Shown in pieces: positions 30,699-39,793 of a stretch of 47,770 bases of DNA. The notes under the pieces are model-generated. The model was given only the letters and a program-made list of their open reading frames with translations. It had not been told where the DNA came from and did no database searches. The stretch lies in the IMG/VR virus record IMGVR_UViG_3300002461_000080, positions 1 through 47,770 of that record. One strand, 5' to 3'. The first letter of the stretch is position 1, and the number at the start of each line of letters is the position of its first letter. The stretch is from a virus. A program made the translations under genes and the position numbers.

Positions 30699-33600
30699 CT
30701 AGTTGCGCCCCGAGATCCAGTCCGGATCGCTCTCGCGAGGGTCCTGCTTCTCCTGCCCGGCGGACGTCCGCGCGTCGCGGAGCAGCCGCTCGTATTGCGA
30801 CCAACACGACGCCGTGATCTTCTCGTCGCGCGTCAGCGCCGGCGCCAGCGCGTGAGCATGCCGCCACGCCAGGGCGTTGCGGAACAGCGCGTCGCCCTGC
30901 CGCGCGACACAGTTGTCGAGCACCGTGTATTCCAGCTCCGCGTTCGGCTCGTTCGAGTAGATGAGCGCGCCCACGGCGTCGGAGCCCACGCGGAAGTCCG
31001 GCGGCGCCGTGTCCCACATGCGCCGCGTCTTGTCGGTGTTGTTGACCACGCGCCGCGCCATCGCCATGAGGGTCGGCGCCCGGTAGGCATAGAGCCAGTC
31101 GCCATTGACCTCCTCGACCGGCGTCGTCGACCACGCGGCAGGGTCCGTGACCACCGTCCCGGCGGCAGCGTTGCCGAGCGCGTAGTAGTCGATGCCGCTC
31201 ACCCGCACGACGCTGTTCTTCGGGTAGGCCACGGTCGACACCCACGTCTGCACGAGGTCGTTCTCGTAGGCCGGCCCGGCGACCTGCGTCAGAACCTCGT
31301 AGCGCGTTGCGAACGGCCAGGGGAAATCGCGCAGGATGGCCCGCACGTCCTCGTCGTAGTGGAGCCGCGCGACCGTCGCCTCCGGGCTGACCTCGGTGTT
31401 CAGGGTCGTGCTCGTGAGCTGCTTCGAGATGCCGATGCGCGACAGCGCCATGTTGATGACGATCGTCGACTCGGTCGGGCATTGCGTGATCGTCCCGGTC
31501 GGCGTGAGCGGCGTCGTCCCCGGCGGCGTCGGCCCCGGACCACCCGGCGGCACCGGCACCGGCGGCACGATCGGCGGACGCTGCGGCGGGATCGGCTCGA
31601 CCGGAATGTGCTCGCAGTTACCGCCCCATCCGTTGTTGACCGCGACCGCATCGCAGCCAGGGAACACGAGCGCCTCGAACGTGACCGTCGACGTGTTGAG
31701 CGCCGAGCCCACGCTGATGCTGTCCACCGCGCCGGCCGTGATGCCGTCCGTGACCTGCGACAGCGCGGCCATATTCATGCTGTTCGTCGACGTGTGGCTG
31801 GCGTCGCGCTGCCGGCCCACGCCGTTGCTGCCCGTGACCATCGCCCACATCGGACGCCGGCCCGTCACCGGCGCGAGCCCGATCGTTCTCGAGGCCGTGC
31901 CGTCCCCAATCCAGCTTGCGATCTGGAGCACCTTGCCGATGTTCGCGTCGCCGCTCGTGTCGTCGCGCCGGAACACGATGAACGTGAACTGCACCGCCGC
32001 CGAGACGTAGAGGCCCGACGTCGGCGCGATGACGAGCTTCCCGGTTGCGAACTCGAGGCCGGCCGCGATGACCGCCACGTTGAGCAGGTTGACGCCCTGG
32101 AGCGCGTTGCCGGCGCCCTTCGAGTAGAGCCCGGCCGTCGTCGCGTTGCCGGTGATCTGGCGGTAGCCGTAGAACAGCTCCGGCGTGAACTCAGAATTGT
32201 TGAACGACGTGTCACGCGCGACGTCGCCGCCGGCCGTCTCCCACAGCGCCCCGACCTCCGAGAAGCGCATGCCAGGATCGCACCACGCCAACAGGTTGTA
32301 GGTGACTCCGCTGGCGTTGCTGGCGGCGAGGTTGCCGGTCAGCTCGACGATCGTCTGCTCGGTCTGCTGGTCCTCAGCCGCCTCCGTGAAGTTGGGATCG
32401 ATGAACGCCCGGCTGATGAGCGAGCCCCGCGTCGAGACGTCGAACCCGTGGCTCGAGGCCGGCATGCCGCACATCCACCAGAACCCCGTGTGCGTCGCCG
32501 TGTTGCGGACGAAGATCCACGTCGGCGGCACGCGGAACGCAAGCTGCTGGCTCGTGCCGTTGCCGACGTAGGTGCGCGTGTGGATGACCACCAGCGACGG
32601 CGTCGGCTGCCCATACACCGCGTAGGGCGAATCGGCGTAAGGCTGATGCGCCGGGGTCTGCGTCCACTGCGTGAGGCCCGTCGTGAAGCCGGCCGGGTCG
32701 CCCGGCTGCGGCACGTAGTCCTCCGGATGGAAGATACCGATGCACTCGACCTGCGCGATGAGGCTGGCGACCTCCTTCGTCGACACGCTCGAATTGCACT
32801 GGTAGGACATCTCGGAGCCGGCCATCGGTGACACCGGCTCAATCGAGCCGCCGGCGTGCGTCAGGAACCCGTCGGCTTGCGTGATGTCGGCGCCGCTGAT
32901 GACCGGCGGCGTCTTGGTGACTTCGGCCGCGCTCGGAAGCTTGAACCCCACGAGCGAATCCTGCGGCGCCGCCGTGGCATTGCGCGCGTTGACGCCGACC
33001 GAGATGCCGTTCGCGCCTCGGTTCAGCGGATCGAGGTCGATGCGCCGGTCGGCTTCGGTGACGACCGCGATGCGCTGCGAGGCCGATGCCGAGCTGAGGA
33101 ACTGCGTGCTCGTCGACACGACGCACCGCTGCGTAATGAACCGCCAGTCGTTCGCATCCGCGCCGCCAGGGCCGGCCCAATTCCCGGTGTTCGACGCGGC
33201 TGCCGCCTTCGCCCGGAGCCCGACGACCTTCGAGCCGGCGTTCCAGTCGCGCGCCGGGAACAGCTCAGGGTTCGCACCGCCAGCCGGCAGCGGAGAACCA
33301 ATCCAGTCGTCAAGGTCCCACGCGCCACGATGGTTCGACGTGTGTCCGTCCCCGACCTCGGTAAAGGAAACGTTCTGGACCTGCGTGATGCCGGTCCCCG
33401 CCGGCAGACTGCCGCCGTTGATCGTGAAGTCGAGCACGCCGTTGACGTAGACCTTGAGGAACGAGTCCGGCGCCGCGCCCATCCGATAGAGGATGTCGAG
33501 CTTATACCAGCGGTTCAGGTCGAGCGTCTTGCCCGTGCCGATCGCGTTGCGCGTGCTGCCCGAGTCGACGTTCTGATACTCGAGCTGCCGGCTCGGATTG

Positions 33601-34289
33601 ATGAGGATGCGACCGCTGGCGTTCGGGCTCGTCGCGCCGATCGTTTTCCACATGTCCTGTGACGTCTGCGGCGCGTGGCGGAGTCGGATGTAGATCCGGT
33701 CCCACCCGCGATTGGTGACAGCCGTCACACCGTCCTCGGTCAGTGAGTGCCGCACCGTGCGCCCGCCACCGTTGCGGCACGCAAACCCGAATCCGCCGAG
33801 ATGCCTCGAGGCCGTCGGGCAGAAGAATTGATGCGCGTTGCCGCCAAGGTTCGGCCCGCCGCCCTTCGCCGCCTCGAACCCGTCCACCCATCGCCGCGCG
33901 CCCATCGCGACCGGCGCCGGCTCGCCAGGGATCTCCGTCTCGTTGTCGTCGCTGCCCGCGTAGGTGAAGGTGAAGCACCAGCGATACGTGTGCGTGTCAC
34001 CGAACAGGAGCGGGATGCCGAACCAGCCGCCGCTCTTGCGCGTGAAGCTGGCGACGTTCTTCGGGTAGTTGAACGTGCTCGCGAAGTAGCCCGACGTGAT
34101 GCACGGCGGATCGAACCGCTGCGTCGGGCTCGGAATCACGAGCGCCGCACCGTAGTCGATCGCCGCTTGGTCGGGCGAGATGCCGATGATCCAGCCGCCA
34201 CCCAGGTCCGCCTGAGCCTTCGCCGCCTCGTAGGCGGTCTTGTCGGTCAGGTGGACGTAGCACTGGAGGAAGTGAGTCCGGTTCGCCAT
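30699..34289 (-). CDS. Fusion protein: a roughly 900-aa N-terminal receptor-binding-like region, a Pro-rich linker and a C-terminal T7 gp11-like adaptor domain.
   Basis: 1196 aa. The last 262 aa (about 30702..31487) read VINMALSRIGISKQLTS...RAILRDFPWPFA...ALFRNALAWRHAHALAP, which resembles the gp11 pattern VNDILASIGEPPVS...QSRGWTFN recalled from memory. The Pro-rich linker is PVEPIPPQRPPIVPPVPVPPGGPGPTPPG. Confidence 0.6.
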   Translation of the reverse strand: MANRTHFLQCYVHLTDKTAYEAAKAQADLGGGWIIGISPDQAAIDYGAALVIPSPTQRFDPPCITSGYFASTFNYPKNVASFTRKSGGWFGIPLLFGDTHTYRWCFTFTYAGSDDNETEIPGEPAPVAMGARRWVDGFEAAKGGGPNLGGNAHQFFCPTASRHLGGFGFACRNGGGRTVRHSLTEDGVTAVTNRGWDRIYIRLRHAPQTSQDMWKTIGATSPNASGRILINPSRQLEYQNVDSGSTRNAIGTGKTLDLNRWYKLDILYRMGAAPDSFLKVYVNGVLDFTINGGSLPAGTGITQVQNVSFTEVGDGHTSNHRGAWDLDDWIGSPLPAGGANPELFPARDWNAGSKVVGLRAKAAAASNTGNWAGPGGADANDWRFITQRCVVSTSTQFLSSASASQRIAVVTEADRRIDLDPLNRGANGISVGVNARNATAAPQDSLVGFKLPSAAEVTKTPPVISGADITQADGFLTHAGGSIEPVSPMAGSEMSYQCNSSVSTKEVASLIAQVECIGIFHPEDYVPQPGDPAGFTTGLTQWTQTPAHQPYADSPYAVYGQPTPSLVVIHTRTYVGNGTSQQLAFRVPPTWIFVRNTATHTGFWWMCGMPASSHGFDVSTRGSLISRAFIDPNFTEAAEDQQTEQTIVELTGNLAASNASGVTYNLLAWCDPGMRFSEVGALWETAGGDVARDTSFNNSEFTPELFYGYRQITGNATTAGLYSKGAGNALQGVNLLNVAVIAAGLEFATGKLVIAPTSGLYVSAAVQFTFIVFRRDDTSGDANIGKVLQIASWIGDGTASRTIGLAPVTGRRPMWAMVTGSNGVGRQRDASHTSTNSMNMAALSQVTDGITAGAVDSISVGSALNTSTVTFEALVFPGCDAVAVNNGWGGNCEHIPVEPIPPQRPPIVPPVPVPPGGPGPTPPGTTPLTPTGTITQCPTESTIVINMALSRIGISKQLTSTTLNTEVSPEATVARLHYDEDVRAILRDFPWPFATRYEVLTQVAGPAYENDLVQTWVSTVAYPKNSVVRVSGIDYYALGNAAAGTVVTDPAAWSTTPVEEVNGDWLYAYRAPTLMAMARRVVNNTDKTRRMWDTAPPDFRVGSDAVGALIYSNEPNAELEYTVLDNCVARQGDALFRNALAWRHAHALAPALTRDEKITASCWSQYERLLRDARTSAGQEKQDPRESDPDWISGRN

Positions 34290-34305
34290 CTCGCCCTCGC
34301 AAGCC

Positions 34306-34662
34306 TTAGATCACGCCGTCATCGCGCGAGGTCGAGCGCGTGCCCAGGACCTCGTCGTGCTGCTGCCGGATGGCCTGCGCCGCCGTCGTCACCCGCTCCG
34401 GCGTGTGCGCGTCGACGGGCTCCATCCACTTCGCGCTGAACTGCTTCGCGTCCACGACGAACACGTCGCCGGCGCGGCGCCGAACGTGGTCGTAGTAGCC
34501 GAGCTGCGTCGCGCGCACCTTGATCGGCTCGTTCTTGTGAACGGGCCGGGTCCGCGCCTGCGGGTCCATGAACCTCGGTTGCGTCGACGCCGGAATCATC
34601 CGGGCTGCCGGCGACCGACGGGCCGGCCGCGATGCGTTCGTGCCTGCTCCCTTCGTTGCCAT
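34306..34662 (-). CDS. Hypothetical virion-module protein.
   Basis: 118 aa with a strong SD (AGGAGGAG). It has a basic, disordered N-terminus followed by GYYDHVRRRAGDVFVVDAKQFSAKWMEPV. Confidence 0.65.
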   Translation of the reverse strand: MATKGAGTNASRPARRSPAARMIPASTQPRFMDPQARTRPVHKNEPIKVRATQLGYYDHVRRRAGDVFVVDAKQFSAKWMEPVDAHTPERVTTAAQAIRQQHDEVLGTRSTSRDDGVI

Positions 34663-34674
34663 CTCTCGCTCCTC

Positions 34675-34974
34675 CTACGTGAACCGGCCCACCGCCACGA
34701 CAGAGACGCCTGCCGCCGTCGTGACCTTCCAGCCGGGGGTCGTTGTGACCTTCGCTCGAGCGCCAACCTGCACGCTGTAGACGCCGATTGGCGTGTTCGC
34801 CGGCACGATCGTCATCGACACGTTGCCGTCGATGATGCTGACCGCCGACGTCGCGGCCGTGGTGACGTTGACCACGAGCCGCTCGAGGATGTCTCCGAGC
34901 CCGCCCACCGGGCCGAGCTGCTGCGCCGTCTGCCCGGCGGCGACCTCCTCGTAGTCCGTCGCTTTGACCGCCAT
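34675..34974 (-). CDS. Hypothetical small beta-rich head or neck protein.
   Basis: 99 aa with SD GGGAGG. It lies within the structural module. Confidence 0.6.
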   Translation of the reverse strand: MAVKATDYEEVAAGQTAQQLGPVGGLGDILERLVVNVTTAATSAVSIIDGNVSMTIVPANTPIGVYSVQVGARAKVTTTPGWKVTTAAGVSVVAVGRFT

Positions 34975-34992
34975 CGTCCTGCCTCCCTGATG

Positions 34993-35030
34993 AGAGAAAC
35001 GCCGGGAGCCCCCTGGAAAGGCCCCCGGCG
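34993..35030 (-). terminator. Rho-independent terminator or attenuator after the capsid and decoration genes.
   Basis: On the minus strand CGCCGGGGGCC pairs with GGCTCCCGGCG (11 bp, one G-U, 9-nt loop). TTTCTCT follows immediately. Confidence 0.65.
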
Positions 35031-35058
35031 CCCAATCGCCCCCCGACCGTGGGGTCGA

Positions 35059-35502
35059 CTAGCTGATGGTGACGGCGTCCGCGTAGTGCTGCGGCAGGAC
35101 CGAGAACAGGTTCTGATGCGTCAGCCAGATCGTCGCCGTGATCGTCGGCGTCGTGCCGCCCAGGTTGACGCGGATGCCGAGGAACCGCTGACGCGGCCAG
35201 TCCGGCGGGAGCGGGAAGAAATGCAGCGCGCCGGCGGCGAGGTCCGCCTGGAGTCGCGTGTAGTTGGCATGCACGACGACCGACGTCGTCAGGGCGCCGT
35301 CGGTGGCGCTGATGACGTCGAGCGAGAAGGTCGGGGTCGTGCCGGCGAGGCCCACGATGACGGCCATGCCGAACCCGAGCCCCTCACCCGTGCCGATGCG
35401 ACGCTGCGGCGTCGTGAGGCTCAGGTCGATCGAGTCGGTGGAGACGGCCGTGGCCGAGAACGCCTGTGCGTTGCTCACGCGGCCGAGAACGTCGATGAAC
35501 AT
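35059..35502 (-). CDS. Putative capsid decoration or cement protein.
   Basis: 147 aa. It lies immediately downstream of the major capsid gene, has SD AAGGAG, and is beta-rich. The call rests on position. Confidence 0.45.
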   Translation of the reverse strand: MFIDVLGRVSNAQAFSATAVSTDSIDLSLTTPQRRIGTGEGLGFGMAVIVGLAGTTPTFSLDVISATDGALTTSVVVHANYTRLQADLAAGALHFFPLPPDWPRQRFLGIRVNLGGTTPTITATIWLTHQNLFSVLPQHYADAVTIS

Positions 35503-35557
35503 GTGCTCTGCTCCTTGAACGGGGTTGTCGACTGTTGGTGACGACGGATGTCAGCGC

Positions 35558-36559
35558 CTAGCTGACGACCGCCTCCGTCTCGAGCAGCGCATCGCAGATC
35601 GCGATCGGGATGCCCCGGAACGTCGGCCGGCGGATGCCGTCGACGACCTCGTAGGTCAGCGAGCCGCCCGCCTGCACGTCGTCGCGGCGCTGGATGTCGA
35701 GCATCTGGAAGCAGGTCCGGTTCATGTAGAACGCGGCCCGGCCCATGCCCAGGGCAGGGATACGGTGCGTCGCCTTGATCATCAGCTCGGTCAGGTCCGC
35801 CGCCGACGTCTTGGCGACGAGGTTGCTGATGTCGATGTTCGCGATGCGGACCGCGTAGCGCCAGTCCTTCACCACGAGGCCCGACTTCCACTGCCACCGC
35901 TCCTGATACGCGCGCATCCGGGAGCCGGCGATGCCGTTGGTCATCTCGACCGTCACCTTGCCGAAATCTTCGTGGACGAGCCCGGCCTTCGAGCCCTTCG
36001 GGAAGATGCCCGTCACGGTGTTCTCGTTCCAGATCACGAGCCAGATCGAGCTGTTGTCCGAACCGGCGCCCGCGCCGCTCAGGATGTTCTGCCCGTTGCC
36101 GGCGCTCAGGCTGGAGTAGCGCGGCGCGAGGCCGAGGAACTCCTCCGGCGCGAGCCCGACGTTCCCGTAGAACGTGGTCTGCGCCATCTCCTGATTCATC
36201 GCCTCGAGGAACGCGCGGCCCTCCGACAGCCGGAACTCCCCGACGTTGCCGTTCAGCGCCGCGAGGTCCACGTCGACCTCGGACCACGCCTCGAGCATCC
36301 CGGCCTGCTCGTCGATCTGCGCGGTCGTGCTCTTGCTCGGCGTCACGCCCTGGTTGAGCAGACGCCACGCGACCGCCGGGAGCCCGGTGCGGACCGTGGT
36401 CCGGTGGCCCGTCGGCAGGTTCCCCTCGATGAACCGCATATCGAGAAGGATCTGGTTCGTCTGCGCGAGCAGCTCGACGATCGTCGGGATCTTCCCGTCC
36501 GGGTCGAGACGCTTGGCCCAATCGTGGAGGCTCAGCGCCCCCGTGCTCAGAACTGGCAT
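35558..36559 (-). CDS. Major capsid protein (HK97 fold).
   Basis: 333 aa. It follows the scaffold gene and precedes a terminator. The N-terminal pattern LHDWAKRLDPDGKI..IVELL.QTNQIL.DM...EGNLPTGHRTT.RTGLP...WR..NQG recalls a podovirus capsid family. Confidence 0.8.
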   Translation of the reverse strand: MPVLSTGALSLHDWAKRLDPDGKIPTIVELLAQTNQILLDMRFIEGNLPTGHRTTVRTGLPAVAWRLLNQGVTPSKSTTAQIDEQAGMLEAWSEVDVDLAALNGNVGEFRLSEGRAFLEAMNQEMAQTTFYGNVGLAPEEFLGLAPRYSSLSAGNGQNILSGAGAGSDNSSIWLVIWNENTVTGIFPKGSKAGLVHEDFGKVTVEMTNGIAGSRMRAYQERWQWKSGLVVKDWRYAVRIANIDISNLVAKTSAADLTELMIKATHRIPALGMGRAAFYMNRTCFQMLDIQRRDDVQAGGSLTYEVVDGIRRPTFRGIPIAICDALLETEAVVS

Positions 36560-36586
36560 GTGACACTCTCCGTCGACAGCGTCGGA

Positions 36587-37321
36587 CTACGAGCCGCTTT
36601 CGCCACCTTCGGGATAGAGGATCTCCGCAGCCGTGCGATTCCCCCCACCCGCCGAACCGGCGCCAGCGCCCCCGTCCTCCGCCATCATCTTGCCGCCACG
36701 AGCCATCGCTGCGATGACGGCGAGGTTGTTGCCGTAACCCGTCTTGACGAGGATCGAACGAAACTCGTCTCCGAGCGGGTCGCCCTTCGGGGCGATGCGA
36801 TCGAGGAACCGGCTTGCGAACGCCTGCGTCTCCGCCAGCTTCTTGCCGCCCCACGTCGTATCGCTTTCCGTTCGTGCTCGGAAGGCTGCGCTCTGCTCTG
36901 CAACGGCGTCGGCCACGGCTTCGGTGTATGCCTGAGCCTCCTCGTTCGACCAGTCGTTCGCTTTCGCGATCTCGGCGTGTCGCTCGAGGTCCGTTGCATC
37001 GAGGTAGTCCTCCGCCCCCTTGGGCACCGTCAACGTGTAGGAGTCGGGCGCCTTCGGCTTCGGATTCCCCGCGCCGTCCTTGCCCCCGCTGTCACTCGCT
37101 GCCGTGCCACCTGCGGCTGCCGTAGCCGCCGCAGTCCCTTTGCCGGCGCCATCTCCCGCGCCAGCTCCATCTCCGCCGGCGCCCGCGCCAGCACCGTCTC
37201 CGGCGCCCTTGCCGGCGCCCGTCGCCCCTGCCGCTGCGGCGGCTGCCGCTGCTGCTGCCGGAGCACCCGCACCCTTGCCGGCTTCGGTGGTCCCTGCGCC
37301 GGCTGCTGGTTCGTTTGCCAT
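36587..37321 (-). CDS. Scaffolding protein with an Ala/Gly low-complexity N-terminus.
   Basis: 244 aa. It lies between the portal region and the capsid gene. A helical, acidic core follows about 95 aa of poly-Ala/Gly. Confidence 0.65.
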   Translation of the reverse strand: MANEPAAGAGTTEAGKGAGAPAAAAAAAAAAGATGAGKGAGDGAGAGAGGDGAGAGDGAGKGTAAATAAAGGTAASDSGGKDGAGNPKPKAPDSYTLTVPKGAEDYLDATDLERHAEIAKANDWSNEEAQAYTEAVADAVAEQSAAFRARTESDTTWGGKKLAETQAFASRFLDRIAPKGDPLGDEFRSILVKTGYGNNLAVIAAMARGGKMMAEDGGAGAGSAGGGNRTAAEILYPEGGESGS

Positions 37322-37322
37322 G

Positions 37323-37697
37323 TCACTTCGCTCCCTGCTCTGCGCGGGCGGTATGCGCCGCGTCAGTCTCGTTGGCCGTGCGCTTCGCTCGAGCCCGCGC
37401 CTCCCGCGCCATCGTGTCGTAAAGGTCCTCGTCTGCCTCGAGGATGAACGCCTGCAATTCGTGACCGTAGTCCTGCCGGCCGGCGCGGTAGTGGATCTCC
37501 GCGCTCGGATGCCAGATCGAGCGGAACACGCCGGCGCGCTCGAGCAGGTCCCACATGACCGCGCGACCGTTCTCGGTCGACATCACAGCCTTGAGCCGCT
37601 CGAGCCGCTGCTCCTGCGCGTCGCGCTCCTTCCGCTCGGCGCGTCGGACCTGCGCCGGGTCGGCCGCGTTGCGGACCATCGATCGCTGCTCGCTCAC
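37323..37697 (-). CDS. Hypothetical head-assembly-region protein.
   Basis: 124 aa. The start overlaps the portal stop, and the gene lies between portal and scaffold. Confidence 0.6.
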   Translation of the reverse strand: MSEQRSMVRNAADPAQVRRAERKERDAQEQRLERLKAVMSTENGRAVMWDLLERAGVFRSIWHPSAEIHYRAGRQDYGHELQAFILEADEDLYDTMAREARARAKRTANETDAAHTARAEQGAK

Positions 37698-39424
37698 TGG
37701 CCGGTGACTCCCCGCACCATGCGATCGAGCGCCGAGTCGCCGCCCATCGGCGCGTTCGCTCCGTCACGCGCGGCCTTCGCCATCGTCGCGGCCTGCTCCG
37801 CCTCGAACGCCTGCTGCTGCTGCTGCGCCTGCGCGTCGGCCGCTGCCTGCGCGTCGTCGTCGCTGACGATGATGCGCGGGTCGACGCCGAGCATGTCCGC
37901 GTAGCTGTTGACGAGCGCGATCGGGTTGACCTTGTGGCGGACCTCCGGGAATACCTCACTGAGCGGCGCGAACGTCGACAGGAAGCGATCGCTCGCTGCC
38001 ACGCCGATGAGCTTCTGCGCCTGCGCCAGAATCGAGATGTATTCGACGCGGAGGTCGACGCCCTCGATCTCCGGCGGCGGCGGCGGGATGAGCCCGGCCC
38101 GCTGCATCATGTTGAACACGCGATCGATGAGCGGGTCGAGCAGCTCGTCGTTCGTGCGCTCGAGCACGGGACCGAGCGCCAGGAGCTTCTCCTCGTGCCG
38201 CTCCTCGATCTCGCGCGCCGTCGGCGGCGAGGCCCCGCGATAGGGGTCCGACGTGCCGAGCATCAGGAACAGATCCTCGTAGAACGCGCGCTTGATGCGG
38301 AACTCGACGACCTGAATGTTCGCGGCGAGATGCTGGAGGTCGATGCGGACCTCGTGAATCGGCTTGAGCCCCTGCATGCCCTCGCGCACGTCCTGATACG
38401 TGACGTCGCCCGCGAGCAGACTCGTTTTCTGCGACCGCAGCGTCGACGGTCCGGTGAGCGGCGGGTCGATCATCTTCGCGAGCGCCTGCCCGTGGCGCCG
38501 CTCCATGATCTGCAACTGCCGGTTGTCACCGAGCGCCGTCATGCCAGGGCAGTCCGTTCCGTAGGCATCCTCCCCGGTCACGTCCCACCGTGGCACCATG
38601 ATCGGGAACTCGTTGAACCCCGACTCGCGGAGGAACGTGCGCTCGTCGTCCTGCCCCTCCTCGAGATGGATGCTCGCCCAGGGCAGGAACTTCGCCGCCA
38701 GCTTGCCCTCGTCGGCGTAGTCGTTCGGCTTCACCAGCCAGCACACATCGATCGGGTCCTCGTAATTGCCGTTGTCCCACGCCCGCTTGGCAGCCGTCGA
38801 CAGCTTCGACCAGTCGATCGTGCGGCCGTCCTCCTTGAGCGCGAACTCCTCGACAACCTGCCGGACGCTGAGCTGATACTTCCGCACGAACGTCGTCGCG
38901 CGCCCGCGCCGGTCGAGCCCGATCGCGTAGCTGCCGATCGGGAACGTCTGACAGCGGAGCAGCTCCTTCATGTCCTCCGCGACGAACATCGCCGCCGTGC
39001 CGAACACGCCCATGTCGCCGTAGGTGATCGGCAGCGTGTTGTAGAGATTCGACACCGCGAAGATCGTCATCATCCGCTGCCCGACGATATGCAGCCACTC
39101 GCGCACCGGGCCGAAATCGCTGAGGTCCCGGTCCGCGAGCGTCATCTTCATCCACGGCCGCGCCGGCGACGTCAGGCCCGCGTGGAGCCCCGACTGCAAC
39201 GTGCGCGCCGCGAACCGGCCCGTGCTGTTGATGATGTTCTGGTTCCGCTTGTCGCCCTTGTTCCGGTCGCTCTGCGTGAACCGCACGCGACGCGGCACGT
39301 AGAAGTCTGCGAGGTCGCGCCAGTGCGAATCGAACGTCGATCGCTCGGTCCACAGCGCCGACGCCAGCTTGACGTAGCGCCCGCGCCGGCTCCGGTCGTC
39401 GAAGAAATTGGCAGACTCGAGCAC
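37694..39424 (-). CDS. Portal (head-to-tail connector) protein, T7 gp8-like.
   Basis: 576 aa from a GTG at 39424 with SD GGAGG. It contains RSTFDSHWRDLADFYVPRRVRF...INSTGRFAARTLQSGLHAGLTSPARPWMKM and a Gln/Ala-rich C-terminus, as in T7-type connectors. Confidence 0.85.
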   Translation of the reverse strand: MLESANFFDDRSRRGRYVKLASALWTERSTFDSHWRDLADFYVPRRVRFTQSDRNKGDKRNQNIINSTGRFAARTLQSGLHAGLTSPARPWMKMTLADRDLSDFGPVREWLHIVGQRMMTIFAVSNLYNTLPITYGDMGVFGTAAMFVAEDMKELLRCQTFPIGSYAIGLDRRGRATTFVRKYQLSVRQVVEEFALKEDGRTIDWSKLSTAAKRAWDNGNYEDPIDVCWLVKPNDYADEGKLAAKFLPWASIHLEEGQDDERTFLRESGFNEFPIMVPRWDVTGEDAYGTDCPGMTALGDNRQLQIMERRHGQALAKMIDPPLTGPSTLRSQKTSLLAGDVTYQDVREGMQGLKPIHEVRIDLQHLAANIQVVEFRIKRAFYEDLFLMLGTSDPYRGASPPTAREIEERHEEKLLALGPVLERTNDELLDPLIDRVFNMMQRAGLIPPPPPEIEGVDLRVEYISILAQAQKLIGVAASDRFLSTFAPLSEVFPEVRHKVNPIALVNSYADMLGVDPRIIVSDDDAQAAADAQAQQQQQAFEAEQAATMAKAARDGANAPMGGDSALDRMVRGVTGQ

Positions 39425-39425
39425 G

Positions 39426-39791
39426 CTAGCCTCCGATGACCGAGCCCGTAGGCTGCGCGCCGCGTAGCCACGGCGCCGTAGTGTTCTTCCGGGTGAGGTA
39501 GCCGATCGATGCGCCCGCACCGCGCTTCGGCATGCCCGACGCCGAGCGCGAGCCTCGAGCCGCCGGCCCTCGAGCGCCTGAGACACCGCCAGGACCGGCA
39601 GCGCCCGCCGGCAGCGGCGCGCTGATGCCCGTCGGCCCGCCGGCGACCGGCTGCTTGCGGTTCACCGGCATCGGGTCGACCGGCGCCGGCGCGTTCAGGG
39701 TCCGCTCTCCGCCGGTCTGCGTCACACCGCCCGTGATACGCGGGTCGGTGCGCGACATGATGCTGCGGTAGCCGGTGACAGGCATGCCCAC
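39426..39791 (-). CDS. Gly/Pro/Ala-rich low-complexity protein.
   Basis: 121 aa. The start is either a GTG at 39791 or an ATG at 39785, and the gene ends 2 nt before the portal start. Confidence 0.45.
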   Translation of the reverse strand: MGMPVTGYRSIMSRTDPRITGGVTQTGGERTLNAPAPVDPMPVNRKQPVAGGPTGISAPLPAGAAGPGGVSGARGPAARGSRSASGMPKRGAGASIGYLTRKNTTAPWLRGAQPTGSVIGG

Positions 39792-39793
39792 GG

